This document shows positions 52,721 through 64,000 of a stretch of 64,000 nucleotides of DNA, piece after piece. The notes below the pieces were generated by a model that searched no databases, had not been told where the DNA came from, and saw only the letters and a program-made list of their open reading frames with translations. The translations under genes were made by a program, and so were the position numbers. Each line of letters begins with the position of its first letter. Position 1 is the first letter of the stretch. The stretch is from assembly GCF_031769215.1 (NCBI RefSeq), contig NW_026782088.1, positions 1-64,000 of the forward strand, read 5' to 3'. Source of the DNA: Ylistrum balloti. Its lineage: Eukaryota.

Positions 52721-55542
52721 TTGATAGGTTCTACTTGTTCCCTAGACTAGTTGTGCAAAGCCCATAATAGAACTGAAAAAAACACTAAATGATAGACAGG
52801 GGACCATATTCAATTTCACAGTTTAAGATTACCGCACGGGTATAGCTTTTTCTTGATTTGACAATTCTCAAATGTCATTTAATAAAGAGCAAATAAGTGG
52901 AAAGGGGGAAATGTTTGGCGATTGCTATACCTACTTATTGATGGGTGCAGGTCAATCTGAAAAGAATGCTTACTCAAGACTGAAGAATAGTGTTGTTGGT
53001 TTTGTTTCGTCATGGACGACCAATCATGGCATTTGATACAAATGTTAAAATCAGATAACAGTATGTGGAAGCATGACACTCTCACCAGACCCTAGGTGTA
53101 ACTGTATAGACATTGACAATTCTTACGATGTCCAAGGTAGAAGTGTTTTTTATGTATAATGAATGATCAGTGTTTGAAATAGAGCTTTGTTTCTGGATTC
53201 TGTTTCTATGGCCAATGTTTGACTATAAAACAAAACAAATAGTTTTGGTAACCTTTACGGTGATGCCAGAAAGTAATGGGTAGACCAATCAGAGTGATGG
53301 TACTTAAAACCTCTAAGTGACGTTTCATTGAAATCAGATATGGATCCAGTTGTACCTCTGTAATTGCTGAATGGAAATTGGCAGTTTGTACCTTGATTAT
53401 TTAGAGTGTGAAATCAAACATGAGAATTTTCGAAGCCGTCTTTATATTGAATCCTGTTATTGTGTGACGTAATTCAGATGAGCAAGTGAGCAAAGTCACG
53501 ATTTTAACCATGATCATAGAATGTAATGATTGAGGTATGTTGGCTCAAAACATTGAAGCCATTTAAGTGCCATTTCATACATGTGACTTAGATGTCAGAA
53601 TCACAGTTGCTCTCATTAAACCTTGACCTTAACCTTGAAGCTGGACCTTGATTGATCAATCAACTACATATGTAACTCCGATTTTTTTCATGTTGCTGAC
53701 AACTAGGAACTGGAAAAGCTATTTTCGTACCAGTGACATCGGCTTTGACGTAGAAAGTTAACGCACACTATTATAAGCCAGAAGTACCCGAACTGCTGTA
53801 GGGAGTTTCATTGGGATTGGAAAAGAATCTCTTTCACCAGGAACTTTATTGACTGTGACCTTAACCTTAAAGCAAAGAATGCTGGTATTCAAACCTGATC
53901 ATGCTGTCTTAGAAGTGAACGTGTTATGTGATGGTGAAACATAGACTATTTCAGTAACTGTGACCTCGATCTTAGAGCGACGACAGTGACATCGAATCTT
54001 GATGGCCGATATGAGAACGCGTTCATGCTTGGTTTTGAACAATCATATAACATAAAAGAAGTGTGTAAGAATTACAGTCATTTGAGCGATAAATAAATGT
54101 GAACATTCGGACACCGCAGGGTATATTTAATACCTGTTAACCCAGAGTGACAGAACACACTACAGGTCGATGAATAGTCATGTCATCACTGAACAAGGGC
54201 AATAAATGTGGATTAGTTCGACGGACATTTGGATCAACTGTCCTTGATATGGTTCGTATGTGGGGCTCCTTCCGATCATGTCAAAAATATTGGTCACTCC
54301 TCTTACTTAGAATAAAATATAATTTGTGATTGTTACACTAAAATCAATTTGCCTACAAAGTAAATGGCACGTTATCTGACGTCTTTTTCATCACTTATCC
54401 TGAAGTCTGGTGGTGCTACGGAGGCCGCCCAAGTACACCGGGAAATGGTTTTGGGTGAAGATTTGGGTATGGAAAGGGTCATTTCACTGGGAGATGTGCC
54501 ACCAATCATTATCACAATTTATCAAACTCTCCTGAACTGTGGAAAAGGGTTGCTTATAGTCATTTTATGAATATTTCTCACATTGTTAATAACCTGTGAA
54601 GAAAAACATGGTGCTTCAAATTTCCTTCAATTACTGAGAGTAAAATTAGTTCCCCGGAAAAAAAGTGAAGAGCAATATAACCCGCCGCTGCAACTAATTG
54701 TAGCATGGAACATCCTCAAGGAGTAAAATACACAATACTACCCGCGAGTACTTCGGTAAGTGCCCTACAAGATAGCGCCAGGCACCTGCCACAATATCCG
54801 AGTTTAGATGAATTTAGTTGGAGTCGTCGAGAAATACGAATCAACACAAAGCCTTAGTTTCAGACTTCTGTATTCAGAATCGTCAACATACATGTAGTGT
54901 AATCGTAACAGTTCACGTAGACAGCACACACCATCACTCTCAATGATATTGGGTAAAATCCCGCTACAATCCAAAATAGCAAGACCTACTCACTCGAGCT
55001 CCCTGAACTAAAATCTCGCACTCATTTTATTACCAAACCCCGTAGGACTGACAGATATTCATATAACCTTTTACATAATCTTGTCGTATCCTGTAGAAGA
55101 AGTCGGACAAATTGACGTAATTACGTGTATAAAAATACATGTGAACATTTAGAAAAACAATTAGCGATGAGATAAACCGTGAATGATATAAGATAGAAGC
55201 GGCACCCTATCTATAAGTATGGTATATAAAACAAATCTCTTTAAATGATAGACAAAAAAAAAATACTTCAGACTAATAATTTTTAAAAGTAATCCAATTG
55301 TATCTGAAAATCAACGTATGCTGGCATGATTTTGAACAATGATTTGAATAGTAAAGAGTATTAAAAGTGAGTTCCAGCCTTTCAAGGCCTTGTCAGGTCC
55401 CAACGTGTCTTTCTTCCTACTTGACCGCGAGTCTGATGGATTACGAATCTACCTGGGCCTACCTAAAGGTTTTGTTTTGATGAAAACTGAAATGAGAGGA
55501 AAAATCAGTAAAAGCCGTAATGTAAGAGACAAATTCGGTTTC

Positions 55543-55778
55543 ATCACGTGATCGTTATCGATGTGATAAGTGTCAGTAAAACGAAAGTACAATACTATAT
55601 AAAAGAATCGGCGAGCATCGATTGTTTTTGTGCCAATTGAAAGTATGTTACTATTTTCAAACTCAAAACTTTTTGTATTTTCTAAAATTTAACATAGAGA
55701 TTCGTGAAATCCTCTCTCATCGCAGGGATTCTGTTAAGAGCGTTTTCTTGACGCTGACTTTGATTGTCATCACGTGAC
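55543..55778. promoter_or_regulatory. ARL proximal promoter with two TCACGTGA E-boxes (CLEAR/MITF-TFE/USF-type)
   Basis: ATCACGTGAT at 55543-55552 and TCACGTGAC at 55770-55778, 20 nt before the ATG, in a CpG-rich region. Confidence 0.5.
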
Positions 55779-55797
55779 AACCTGACAACAAGCTAGC

Positions 55798-55956
55798 ATG
55801 GCACTGGTATGGCTGCAGCAAACTTGGAATGCTAACCGTGTAGTAATTTCGGTGGCAACCAGTGTAGCCACAGCGGCTATCGCTTACAGCATATACAAAG
55901 TTATCTTCAACGTAAAGGAGGAAGAGGCAGACGAATATTTTGAGACAATTGTCCTT
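55798..55956 (+). CDS. ARL9/ARL10: ARL exon 1 (53 aa, includes predicted TM helix VVISVATSVATAAIAYSIYKVIF)
   Basis: Kozak AGCATGG; donor CTT|GTAAGT, phase 0. Confidence 0.88.
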
Positions 55957-58570
55957 GTAAGTATATGTAACATGAACGTGTCTCGACTAGTTTACAGAGG
56001 GAGACAGGTCGACGGCATCATCTCAGTTGTGAGGATGCACAAGAACTTCAACGCCTCCCGTTTAACTAGTTGTGTTAAACGTGCCGTATCACGAACAGGT
56101 TGGGAACATCATCGTATTTGAGAGGATGCTTTGGAACTGTTCTTAACTTGACAAATAATCATATCACGCCGTTTTCGGTTATACCAAGCATACATTTTGC
56201 GGCATACATGTCCGGTAGGCTAATTATAAGTTATGATTTCACAGCTAGTGCAAACAACAGTTCAGTTATAAAGCTCAGCTTTGTCTTGATACTTTTCTTT
56301 CATGTACCAAGTCTCAACACCACAACGTCTGGGATTTGGTGGTCATGGTACCAAATCTGTGATAGGAAAGACTAATTTAAAATATTCAGACCACAGTGGT
56401 GCTCAAACTGGTAACCTCTCACAAAACCAGCTGGGGATGTATGTTGTCCTGTGTTCTCTCAGCTATGTTTACATAAATTCATCAAATGAGTACTTTATAC
56501 TTTCAGTCAAAAGATCCTCCAAATAAAAAGATTCTAGTGATTGGATTAAATGGGGCAGGAAAGACCAGCTTTGTGAGGTGTTTTGGGAAAGGCAACAAAG
56601 ATGGGAAAGCCTATGATGAGCCTCGACCTACAGTGGGATTTAATGTTAAAAGTGTCAACATGGGATCAGCTCTGTTTGATTTCTGGGACGGTAAGTAAAG
56701 ATTCACAGTAGAAGGCTTTTAATGTGTAATATGTATGCAATTAAAGTTGTTTACAAGATGGAGTAATATAATGTACATGATGCATATAATGTTCAAAATC
56801 TCTATCAGTACCAGTAAAATGCCTAGTAGTACTAAAGTTTTCATGCCTCATCTTCCTTTTTTTTATTTCAAGTCATGGTAAAAACTCCAAGGTGAACTGT
56901 TCATTTCAGAGTGATTTGTGCCTTTTTACCACTTGTGTTCTTTTTCCAGTTGGAGGATCGGAGGTATGCCGTGAATACTGGAAACAATTTCTCCAGAGTG
57001 TTAACTACATTGTTTGGGTAGTAGATGCTTCAGACCATGAGAGAATTGGTGAATCCAGAGAAGCCCTTATCAAATTTCTACAAAATGATCGGGAGATACG
57101 CCCACTTCTCATAGTGGCAAATAAACAGGTAAATTTAGAGAGCACAGCAATCCTACAGACATATTTTATTAGGGATTATATGTTGACCCCCTGTGTAGCT
57201 TCTTTTCTTTTCAGAATATTATATTCTAATGATTTTACAGACAAAAAGAACGGGGCTACAGCCTATGAATGTCCTCTCCTTGCTATTATAAACATTTATT
57301 GAGTCAATGATGTGTTAGTCCCTTATATGACTTCGAGTCAATGACGCACTGTCCTCTATATGACTTTGAGTCGAGGATGTGTTTTCCTCTGTATGACTTT
57401 GAGTCAAGGATTTGTTGGTCCCCAGTATATCTTTGAGTCAAGGATTTGTTGGTCCTCTGTATGACTTTGAGTCAAGGATTTGTTGGTCCCTGGCATGACT
57501 TTGAGTTAAGGATATGTTGGCCTCCTGTATAGCTTTTAGTCAGAGGTTATGTATTAACCCCTGGGGTATATGAATGATAAATACAATATTGTGCTGGATG
57601 GAACTCCAATAAACAGTAAGAATGGTCTGTGTATAATGTTATGGGATCAGATAATCATTATTTGATCCTGAATGTTATTAAGTTTTGTTGAAATTACATA
57701 TAAATGTTGAAGATGATTTGTTCATGTTTAAAAAATACATTTATTATCTCACTGGAATAAATTCGAGTGTCACAAATCTGCTGTGTAAATCATACTTTTC
57801 ATCTCTGATGTTGTGATTTGTAATGTGATTGAGCATTGTATCCAATTCAATCTCTATATATTGTCAGTCATACAAGTATTGGGTGTAATATATTATACTG
57901 TTAAACCCTTTCTTTGAGTTGGTGACTGAATGGATTATCATATATCAGTTATAGTGAAATGAGTTCACTGCAATCTGGTTCTAAACTGAAATGAGAGGCC
58001 CATAGATTCTCATCTATGACCGTTTTTTAAAAGTGAATTGTTTTAATGAAAGCAAAGTCAATTTGACTTTCATTGGACAGTACATTGTTACTAAGCTCAA
58101 CCAGTTTTCACCATTCTTACGGCCATCTTGTACATGATTTTCCACCTGAAGTGTACTTAGGATCATCAGTATGGTTACATCTGAAGATGACAAGATAGTC
58201 ATTGAAATGTCACAGATTTTGTAACATGTTGTGATATATCTATTCAGTTAGTTATAGGTACATTATTAAAATGTTTTTGTCAGAACTAACAAACATCTGA
58301 TGTTCCACAAAATGTACTAGATTTGTATACTAGATTTAAACATGTCATTCATGTTTTTTCTACTTTCTAAAATTGATATTCTTGATCTGATTTCAGGATT
58401 GTAAAGGTGCTATGAAATTATCAGAAATAAAAAAACATCTTGAGGTGGATACGTCAACTGTGATAAACAAGTCAACTAGAGACATTGAAATGGTTGGAAC
58501 ACAGACCCCACATGGTGGCAAAAGGAAGGGCATCTGGGCTGCATACAAAAGCATTCTGGAAATGTCTTGA
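55798..58570 (+). CDS. ARL9/ARL10: ADP-ribosylation factor-like GTPase, ARL9/ARL10-like, 231 aa: join(55798..55956,56507..56690,56950..57128,58397..58570)
   Basis: G1 GLNGAGKT, G2 PTVGFN, G3 DVGGS, G4 NKQD (split across an intron). N-terminal hydrophobic helix and no Gly2. All introns are GT-AG and the spliced length is 696 nt. G3 GGS plus an N-terminal anchor matches ARL9/10 rather than ARF1-6, ARL8 or SRPRB. Confidence 0.9.
56507..56690 (+). CDS. ARL9/ARL10: ARL exon 2 (P-loop and switch I)
   Basis: TACTTTCAG acceptor; KILVIGLNGAGKTS...PTVGFNVK...FDFWD; G|GTAAGT donor. Confidence 0.95.
56950..57128 (+). CDS. ARL9/ARL10: ARL exon 3 (switch II to NKQ)
   Basis: TTTTTCCAG acceptor; VGGSEVCREYWKQF...IVWVVDASD...LLIVANKQ; CAG|GTAAAT donor. 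Confidence 0.95.
57300..57546. repeat. Minisatellite, 34-bp unit (GAGTCAAGGATTTGTTGGTCCTCTGTATGACTTT), about 7 copies, in ARL intron 3
   Basis: Units at 57401, 57435 and 57469 are spaced 34 bp apart. Confidence 0.88.
58397..58570 (+). CDS. ARL9/ARL10: ARL terminal exon (DCKGAMKLSEIKKHLEV...MVGTQ...GIWAAYKSILEMS*)
   Basis: GATTTCAG acceptor supplies the D of NKQD; in-frame TGA at 58568-58570. Confidence 0.9.
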   Translation, partial: DCKGAMKLSEIKKHLEVDTSTVINKSTRDIEMVGTQTPHGGKRKGIWAAYKSILEMS

Positions 58571-58757
58571 ATTATTGAGATTATTGGATTCATACTAGTG
58601 TGGATGGCAGAATATGTTACTCATCAACTCCTTGATAGAGGTAAAAAATGGGTAGTTGCAAAAACTGTATATGCTTTCTTGAATATATTTTTTTTGGCAA
58701 TAGTCATGCTGACTGCAGACTGCAAGTTAGAAAAGATGAATTTGAGAGGGAAAGTAA

Positions 58758-58915
58758 AATAAAACTTGCAAAAAAAAAAATTTGAAAATCACAAAATTCG
58801 AAATGAAAATATCATAATGGAAAGAAATCTAGGAAGAAGAATTATGGAGAAGACTTCCATAGATATCCAGGTTTTACCTGATCATGTTGAATTGTTTGAA
58901 TGTTGCTGCAATAAA
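58758..58915 (+). terminator. Candidate ARL polyadenylation signals (AATAAA at 58758 and 58910)
   Basis: Canonical hexamers 190-340 nt after the stop codon; frequent by chance in AT-rich DNA. Confidence 0.3.
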
Positions 58916-59276
58916 ATTTGTTGAGATAGAATTAAGGTAAATTCCTTTAACTGTGATTAAAATTTATTTTATTTAGAAAGTTTTATACAGCAGTTTACAT
59001 GTATGTATATAAAATTTGGAAACTGAATGCAATATAATTCTCAGAAGATACTGAATATGTTGGAAGGCACAGTCTGTATCACCTAGTTTGGTAGAGAAAT
59101 TTGATTGGATATTTATTAATGTATTTATCAGTTAAGTGCTCTTCAGTACCAGATAATGTATTTCAGCAGACTTATTGTGTGAGTCTTTGCTCTTCAAGTC
59201 TGGAAACTATGATGAGATACATAGATACATTATGTAACTTCGTGGCCCCTGCCATTATAAGTGGGAAGGTGATGTA

Positions 59277-59453
59277 CTGTCAAACCTGTCTTAAAGGTCA
59301 CCTTCATTTAAATGTAACTTGTCTATAAAAGCCAATTTTTTGGTTTCTTATGTAATGCAATTCATAGTAATTGAACTCATTATAACGGTCACCTGTGTAT
59401 AAAGGCCACTTTTCTGAGCTCTCTTGAGTAGCCTTTATAGACAGGTGTGACTG
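59277..59453. mobile_element. 177-bp TA-flanked MITE (Tc1/mariner/pogo-like ends)
   Basis: TA|CTGTCAAACCTGTCTTAAAGG ... CCTTTATAGACAGGTGTGACTG|TA. The TIRs differ by 2 mismatches and 1 indel, and there are internal sub-repeats TGTCTATAAAAGCCA and TGTGTATAAAGGCCA. Confidence 0.75.
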
Positions 59454-61700
59454 TAAATAGTATTTTATTTGTCTTTCTTGTCCACAATCTATGTCATTGC
59501 GCCAGTAATATCAATCTTCTTTGATGAAAGTTGAGGCAAAAGTGGACGAGTTTTCACTAGATAACAAAACGCAAGCTGTATTTAAATCCTGTAGACTTTT
59601 AAAGGTTATTGACCTTGAGGAAACATAATACATATCTGTATGAGTGTTTAAGATTGATAATTTTTTAGAAAACTGTCAAAGTTTCAATTAGCTGCTCTCT
59701 TGCAACAGGGTGCCAAGTCTTCCTCCTTTTAATAGTATGAATGCATAATTGTCAGTAATTCAGTACTACTGTAATATCTATTAGACCTCTTTCCTCTATA
59801 ACACTTCATTTATTGGTATTTCTATAGCAGTTTTATTGCCCAAGAACGACACTTTTTGTGACTCAGAAAAAAAATCCTATCATTGTTTCAGAAATAGCAT
59901 GAGTAAATGTGAGACTTGTTTACTATCTGTTGTTTACTGTTTGATAGTGTTTATATGATGGTATTTGTTTTGATAGCCCTTGTTAAGTAATCTCGATTCC
60001 AGATAACATGAGGGCTGGAATCACACTATCTTGTACACAAAGTAATAAAGTGATACACAAATAAATTAAATCACAGTTGTTATCTCTAATACATGGATAT
60101 TAATTTGTTAATCATTATTTATGATTGTTATTTTAATTTATTCCTCTTAAATGTAGAATGGATTTGAAGAAAAACAGCCATGTAATGAATCTAACCTAAA
60201 TTAATGCCAGGTGTTATCATTATAGTTGTATAAACCTTCATCTTTTATCTTGAAGTGTCTCAATAATATTGTAATTATTACAGGGAAAACTTGCCGGAAA
60301 TCATGATGATACATGTATTGTGTTTTACTGGTTTTACATTTGGAATGAATTAGAATATCAATTATCACATGACAAATCATATATACATTATTTATTACCT
60401 TTATTATCGGTATCAAATATTGGATGTGTGACATATTTGTGGAGTGTTAGAGGAACAGATGAGTTGTGACTAGGTACATCCACTGATTAAAGCATTTCTA
60501 AGTCCATGGTTTATGTGATGGTTTTATATCTACTTTTTTGACAGATCTCTTATACATTCCTTACATTATATGTTGAAAGAGTGTATAAAACATTTCTTAA
60601 TTAACGTTACACAAGTTTCAAACTCTAATTATGATTATGATTATGAAGTTCTCTCTGACTTTAATGCATGCTTCTAAAATCAGCATAAAAATATGTGTGT
60701 TTTAACTGTGTTGTTATCATTTGTCATGTTAAGTTGTTAAATACTTAAAGTATTCTGGACTGCCAGGAGATATATAATAATCATGTTAAAATTTCATCTA
60801 TATTAACTCCTTATGTAGTTGGTCTATTTTAAAGTTAATTTGGATTGTCTCCCTTTACATGACTTTATATTCATTTCATGAAGTAAATTACATTTATTTT
60901 CTTTTGATCTGAGAGATGTATACGTTGTCATTGTACATGTAAAATTTTGTGATATTGATTTATACATTTGAACATGTTACACTCTAAATAAATTTATCAA
61001 AATCAACTACTTGTCTATAATTCTTAGTTGATAAAATGTTTGGAATTGAGTTTTTTTCTAGTAAATGTGAAACAAAGATGGAACAAAACAATAAACAAAC
61101 AAGACAAGACATGACAAAGGTCAGCTTCACAAGCTGTATTGGTTACAAACATGAATAGATATGAATACACAAGATCCCCTTTTTGTTTATATGAGGTTGG
61201 CAGCTGAAATGAACAATGCTTGGCAAATACCTTGTATGAATTGAAAACAAATTTAAGTTACTTTTTATCTCAGATCAGAGCAAAAACAATTAGATATTGT
61301 CCTTTTTTGATATTACGCAAGTTTTAACAAAATATGTGTGATATAGATGATGGATGAAATAACAATAGTATGGACAAGTTCATTGTTGTATCCAGCCATT
61401 TATCAAGACACAAAATATAACACAAAATATATTGTATACATAGAACATGGAACAAGACAAAGCTAGTGAAGAACAACAGAGCAATATGAATTAACCATTT
61501 GGCTTGATAGATGCAGTACACCCTTTAAAAACAGCATAAAGACAACATATAGTGATGTTTTACAGATGACCATAGCCAAATGTTCTGATTAAAAGTTGTA
61601 TGAATACTGGGAAAAGATCAATAGTAACTGGTGATTATTGGTTATAAAGTGTTTAATATTCTACTGGCAAAATATGGAGTCAATTCATAGGTATCAAATG

Positions 61701-64000
61701 TGACCTACAGTGATGTGTCTATCTCATTCAAATGTCTCCTCTGTGACATACAATGACGTATGTGTCTATCTCATTCAAACGTCTCCTGTATAACCTACAG
61801 TGACGTACGTGTCTATCTCATTCAAACGTCTCCTCTGTGACCCACAGTGATGTATGTGTCTATCTCATTCAAACGTCTCCTCTGTGACCCACAGTGATGT
61901 ATGTGTCTTTCTCATTCAAACGTTTCCTCTGTGACCCACAGTGATGTATGTGTCTTTCTCATTCAAACGTTTCCTCTGTGACCCACAGTGATGTATGTGT
62001 CTTTCTCATTCAAACATCTCCTCTGTGACCCACAGTGATGTATGTGTCTATCTCATTCAAACGTCTCCTCTGTGACATACAATGACGTATGTGTCTATCT
62101 CATTCAAACGTCTCCTGTATGACCCACAGTGATGTACGTGTCTATCTCATTCAACCGTCTCCTCTGTGACCCACAGTGATGTACGTGTCTATCTCATTCA
62201 AACGTTTCCTCTGTGACCCACAGTGATGTATGTGTCTATCTCATTCAAACGTCTCCTGTATGACCCACAGTGATGTGTCTATCTCATTCAAACGTCTCCT
62301 CTATGACCCACAGTGACGTACGTGTCTATCTCATTCAAACGTCTCCTCTGTGACCCACAGTGATGTATGTGTCTTTCTCATTCAAACGTTTCCTCTGTGA
62401 CCCACAGTGATGTATGTGTCTTTCTCATTCAAACATCTCCTCTGTGACCCACAGTGATGTATGTGTCTATCTCATTCAAACGTCTCCTCTGTGACATACA
62501 GTGACGTATGTGTCTATCTCATTCAAACGTCTCCTGTATGACCCACAGTGATGTACGTGTCTATCTCATTCAAACGTCTCCTCTGTGACCCACAGTGATG
62601 TATGTGTCTTTCTCATTCAAACGTTTCCTCTGTGACCCACAGTGATGTACGTGTCTATCTCATTCAAACGTCTCCTGTATGACCCACAGTGATGTGTCTA
62701 TCTCATTCAAACGTCTCCTCTATGACCCACAGTGACGTACGTGTCTATCTCATTCAAATGTCTCCTCTGTGACATACAATGACGTATGTGTCTATCTCAT
62801 TCAAACGTCTCCTGTATGACCCACAGTGACGTACGTGTCTATCTCATTCAAACTTCTCCTCTGTGACTCACAGTGATGTATGTGTCTATCTCATTCAAGC
62901 ATCTCCTGTGACCCACAGTGACGTATGTGTCTATCTCATTCAAACGTCTCTTGTATGACACACAGTGATGTATGTGTCTATCTCATTCAAAAAGTCTCCT
63001 GTATAACCCACAGCGACGTACGTGTCTATCTCATTCAAACGTCTCCTGTATGACCCACAGTGACGTACGTGTCTATCTCATTCAAACGTTCTCATTCAAA
63101 CGTATGACACACAGTGACGTATGTGTCTATCTCATTCAAACGTCTCTGTGTCTATCTCATTCAAACGTCTCTTGTACGACCCACAGTGACGTATGTGTCT
63201 ATCTCATTCAAACGTCTCTTGTATGACCCACAGTGACGTATGTGTCTATCTCATTCAAACGTCTCCTGTATGTGACCCACTGTGTTGTATGTGACATACA
63301 ATGACGTATGTGTGACGTATGTGTCTTTCTCATTCAAACGTCTCCTGTATGACCCACAGTGACGTATGTGTCTATCTCATTCCAACGTCTCCTCTGTGAC
63401 ATACAATGACGTATGTGTCTATCTCATTCAAACGTCTCCTCTGTGACCCACAGTGACGTATGTGTCTATCTCATTCAAACGTCTCCTGTATGACCCACAG
63501 CGACGTACGTGTCTATCTCATTCAAACGTCTCCTCTGTGACCTACTGTGTTGTATGTGTCTATCTCATTCAAACGTCTCCTGTATGACCCACAGCGACGT
63601 ACGTGTCTATCTCATTCAAACGTTTCCTCTGACCCACAGTGATGTATGTGTCTATCTCATTCAAACGTCTCCTCTGTCACATACAATGACGTATGTGTCT
63701 ATCTCATTCAAGCGTCTCCTGTATGGCCCACTGTGTTGTATGCATCTATCTCATTCAAACGTCTCCGGTATGACCCACAGTGACGTACGTGTCTATCTCA
63801 TTCAAACGTCTCCTCTGTGACCCACAGTGATGTATGTGTCTATCTCATTCAAACGTCTCCTGTATGACCCACAGCGACGTACGTGTCTATCTCATTCAAA
63901 CGTCTCCTGTATGACCCACAGTGACGTTTGTGTCTATCTCATTCAAACGTCTCCTATATGACCTACAGTGACGTATGTGTCTATCTCATTCAAACGTCTC
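61701..64000. repeat. Satellite array, 45-47-bp unit (GTGTCTATCTCATTCAAACGTCTCCTCTGTGACCCACAGTGACGTAC/TGATGTAT), about 49 copies, truncated by the window edge
   Basis: 47-bp period verified at 61809/61856; produces pseudo-ORFs 62972..63226 and 63509..63820. Confidence 0.97.

Noticed and set aside
54364-54570. 68-aa plus-strand ORF and overlapping short minus-strand ORFs upstream of ARL
   Set aside because: No recognisable domain or consistent exon chain; CpG-rich intergenic DNA yields such ORFs by chance.
56892-57302. 136-aa ORF as a stand-alone gene, and the 107-aa ORF 55798..56121 as a full product
   Set aside because: Both are ARL exons read through into flanking intron; the homologous parts end exactly at splice sites.
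1-64000. Remaining 60-108 aa ORFs in the track
   Set aside because: Low-complexity, AT-driven composition (rich in I/L/F/Y/K/N), no motifs, and located in introns or intergenic DNA.

Overview
AT-rich, intron-containing animal DNA. It is probably from a bivalve mollusc, which I infer from the repeat landscape and did not verify. Three protein-coding genes are supported. (1) The first coding exon of a KDM3/JMJD1C-family histone demethylase lies on the minus strand (28586-28741); its first intron appears to fill the whole left 28.5 kb. (2) A complete REEP1-4-type ER-shaping gene lies on the plus strand (10 predicted coding exons, 29412-45995), head-to-head with KDM3 across only about 670 bp. This is the same neighbour pair seen in vertebrates (JMJD1C-REEP3, KDM3A-REEP1, KDM3B-REEP2, HR-REEP4; recalled, not re-checked). 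(3) A complete 4-exon ARL9/ARL10-like small GTPase lies on the plus strand (55798-58570), with an N-terminal membrane anchor and no catalytic Gln. Non-coding DNA holds 13 tandem-repeat arrays (about 11 kb), a young TTAA-flanked Kolobok-type MITE, TA-flanked MITEs, and decayed SINE/LINE relics. The best leads are the KDM3-REEP microsynteny with a tiny bidirectional promoter, candidate alternative first or terminal exons for ARL and REEP, tandem repeats that multiply RORE/forkhead and AP-1 motifs, and satellites recording CpG deamination. No rRNA, tRNA gene or CRISPR array was found. All exon calls were made by hand from splice signals and reading frame, with no database search; copy numbers are array length divided by period.
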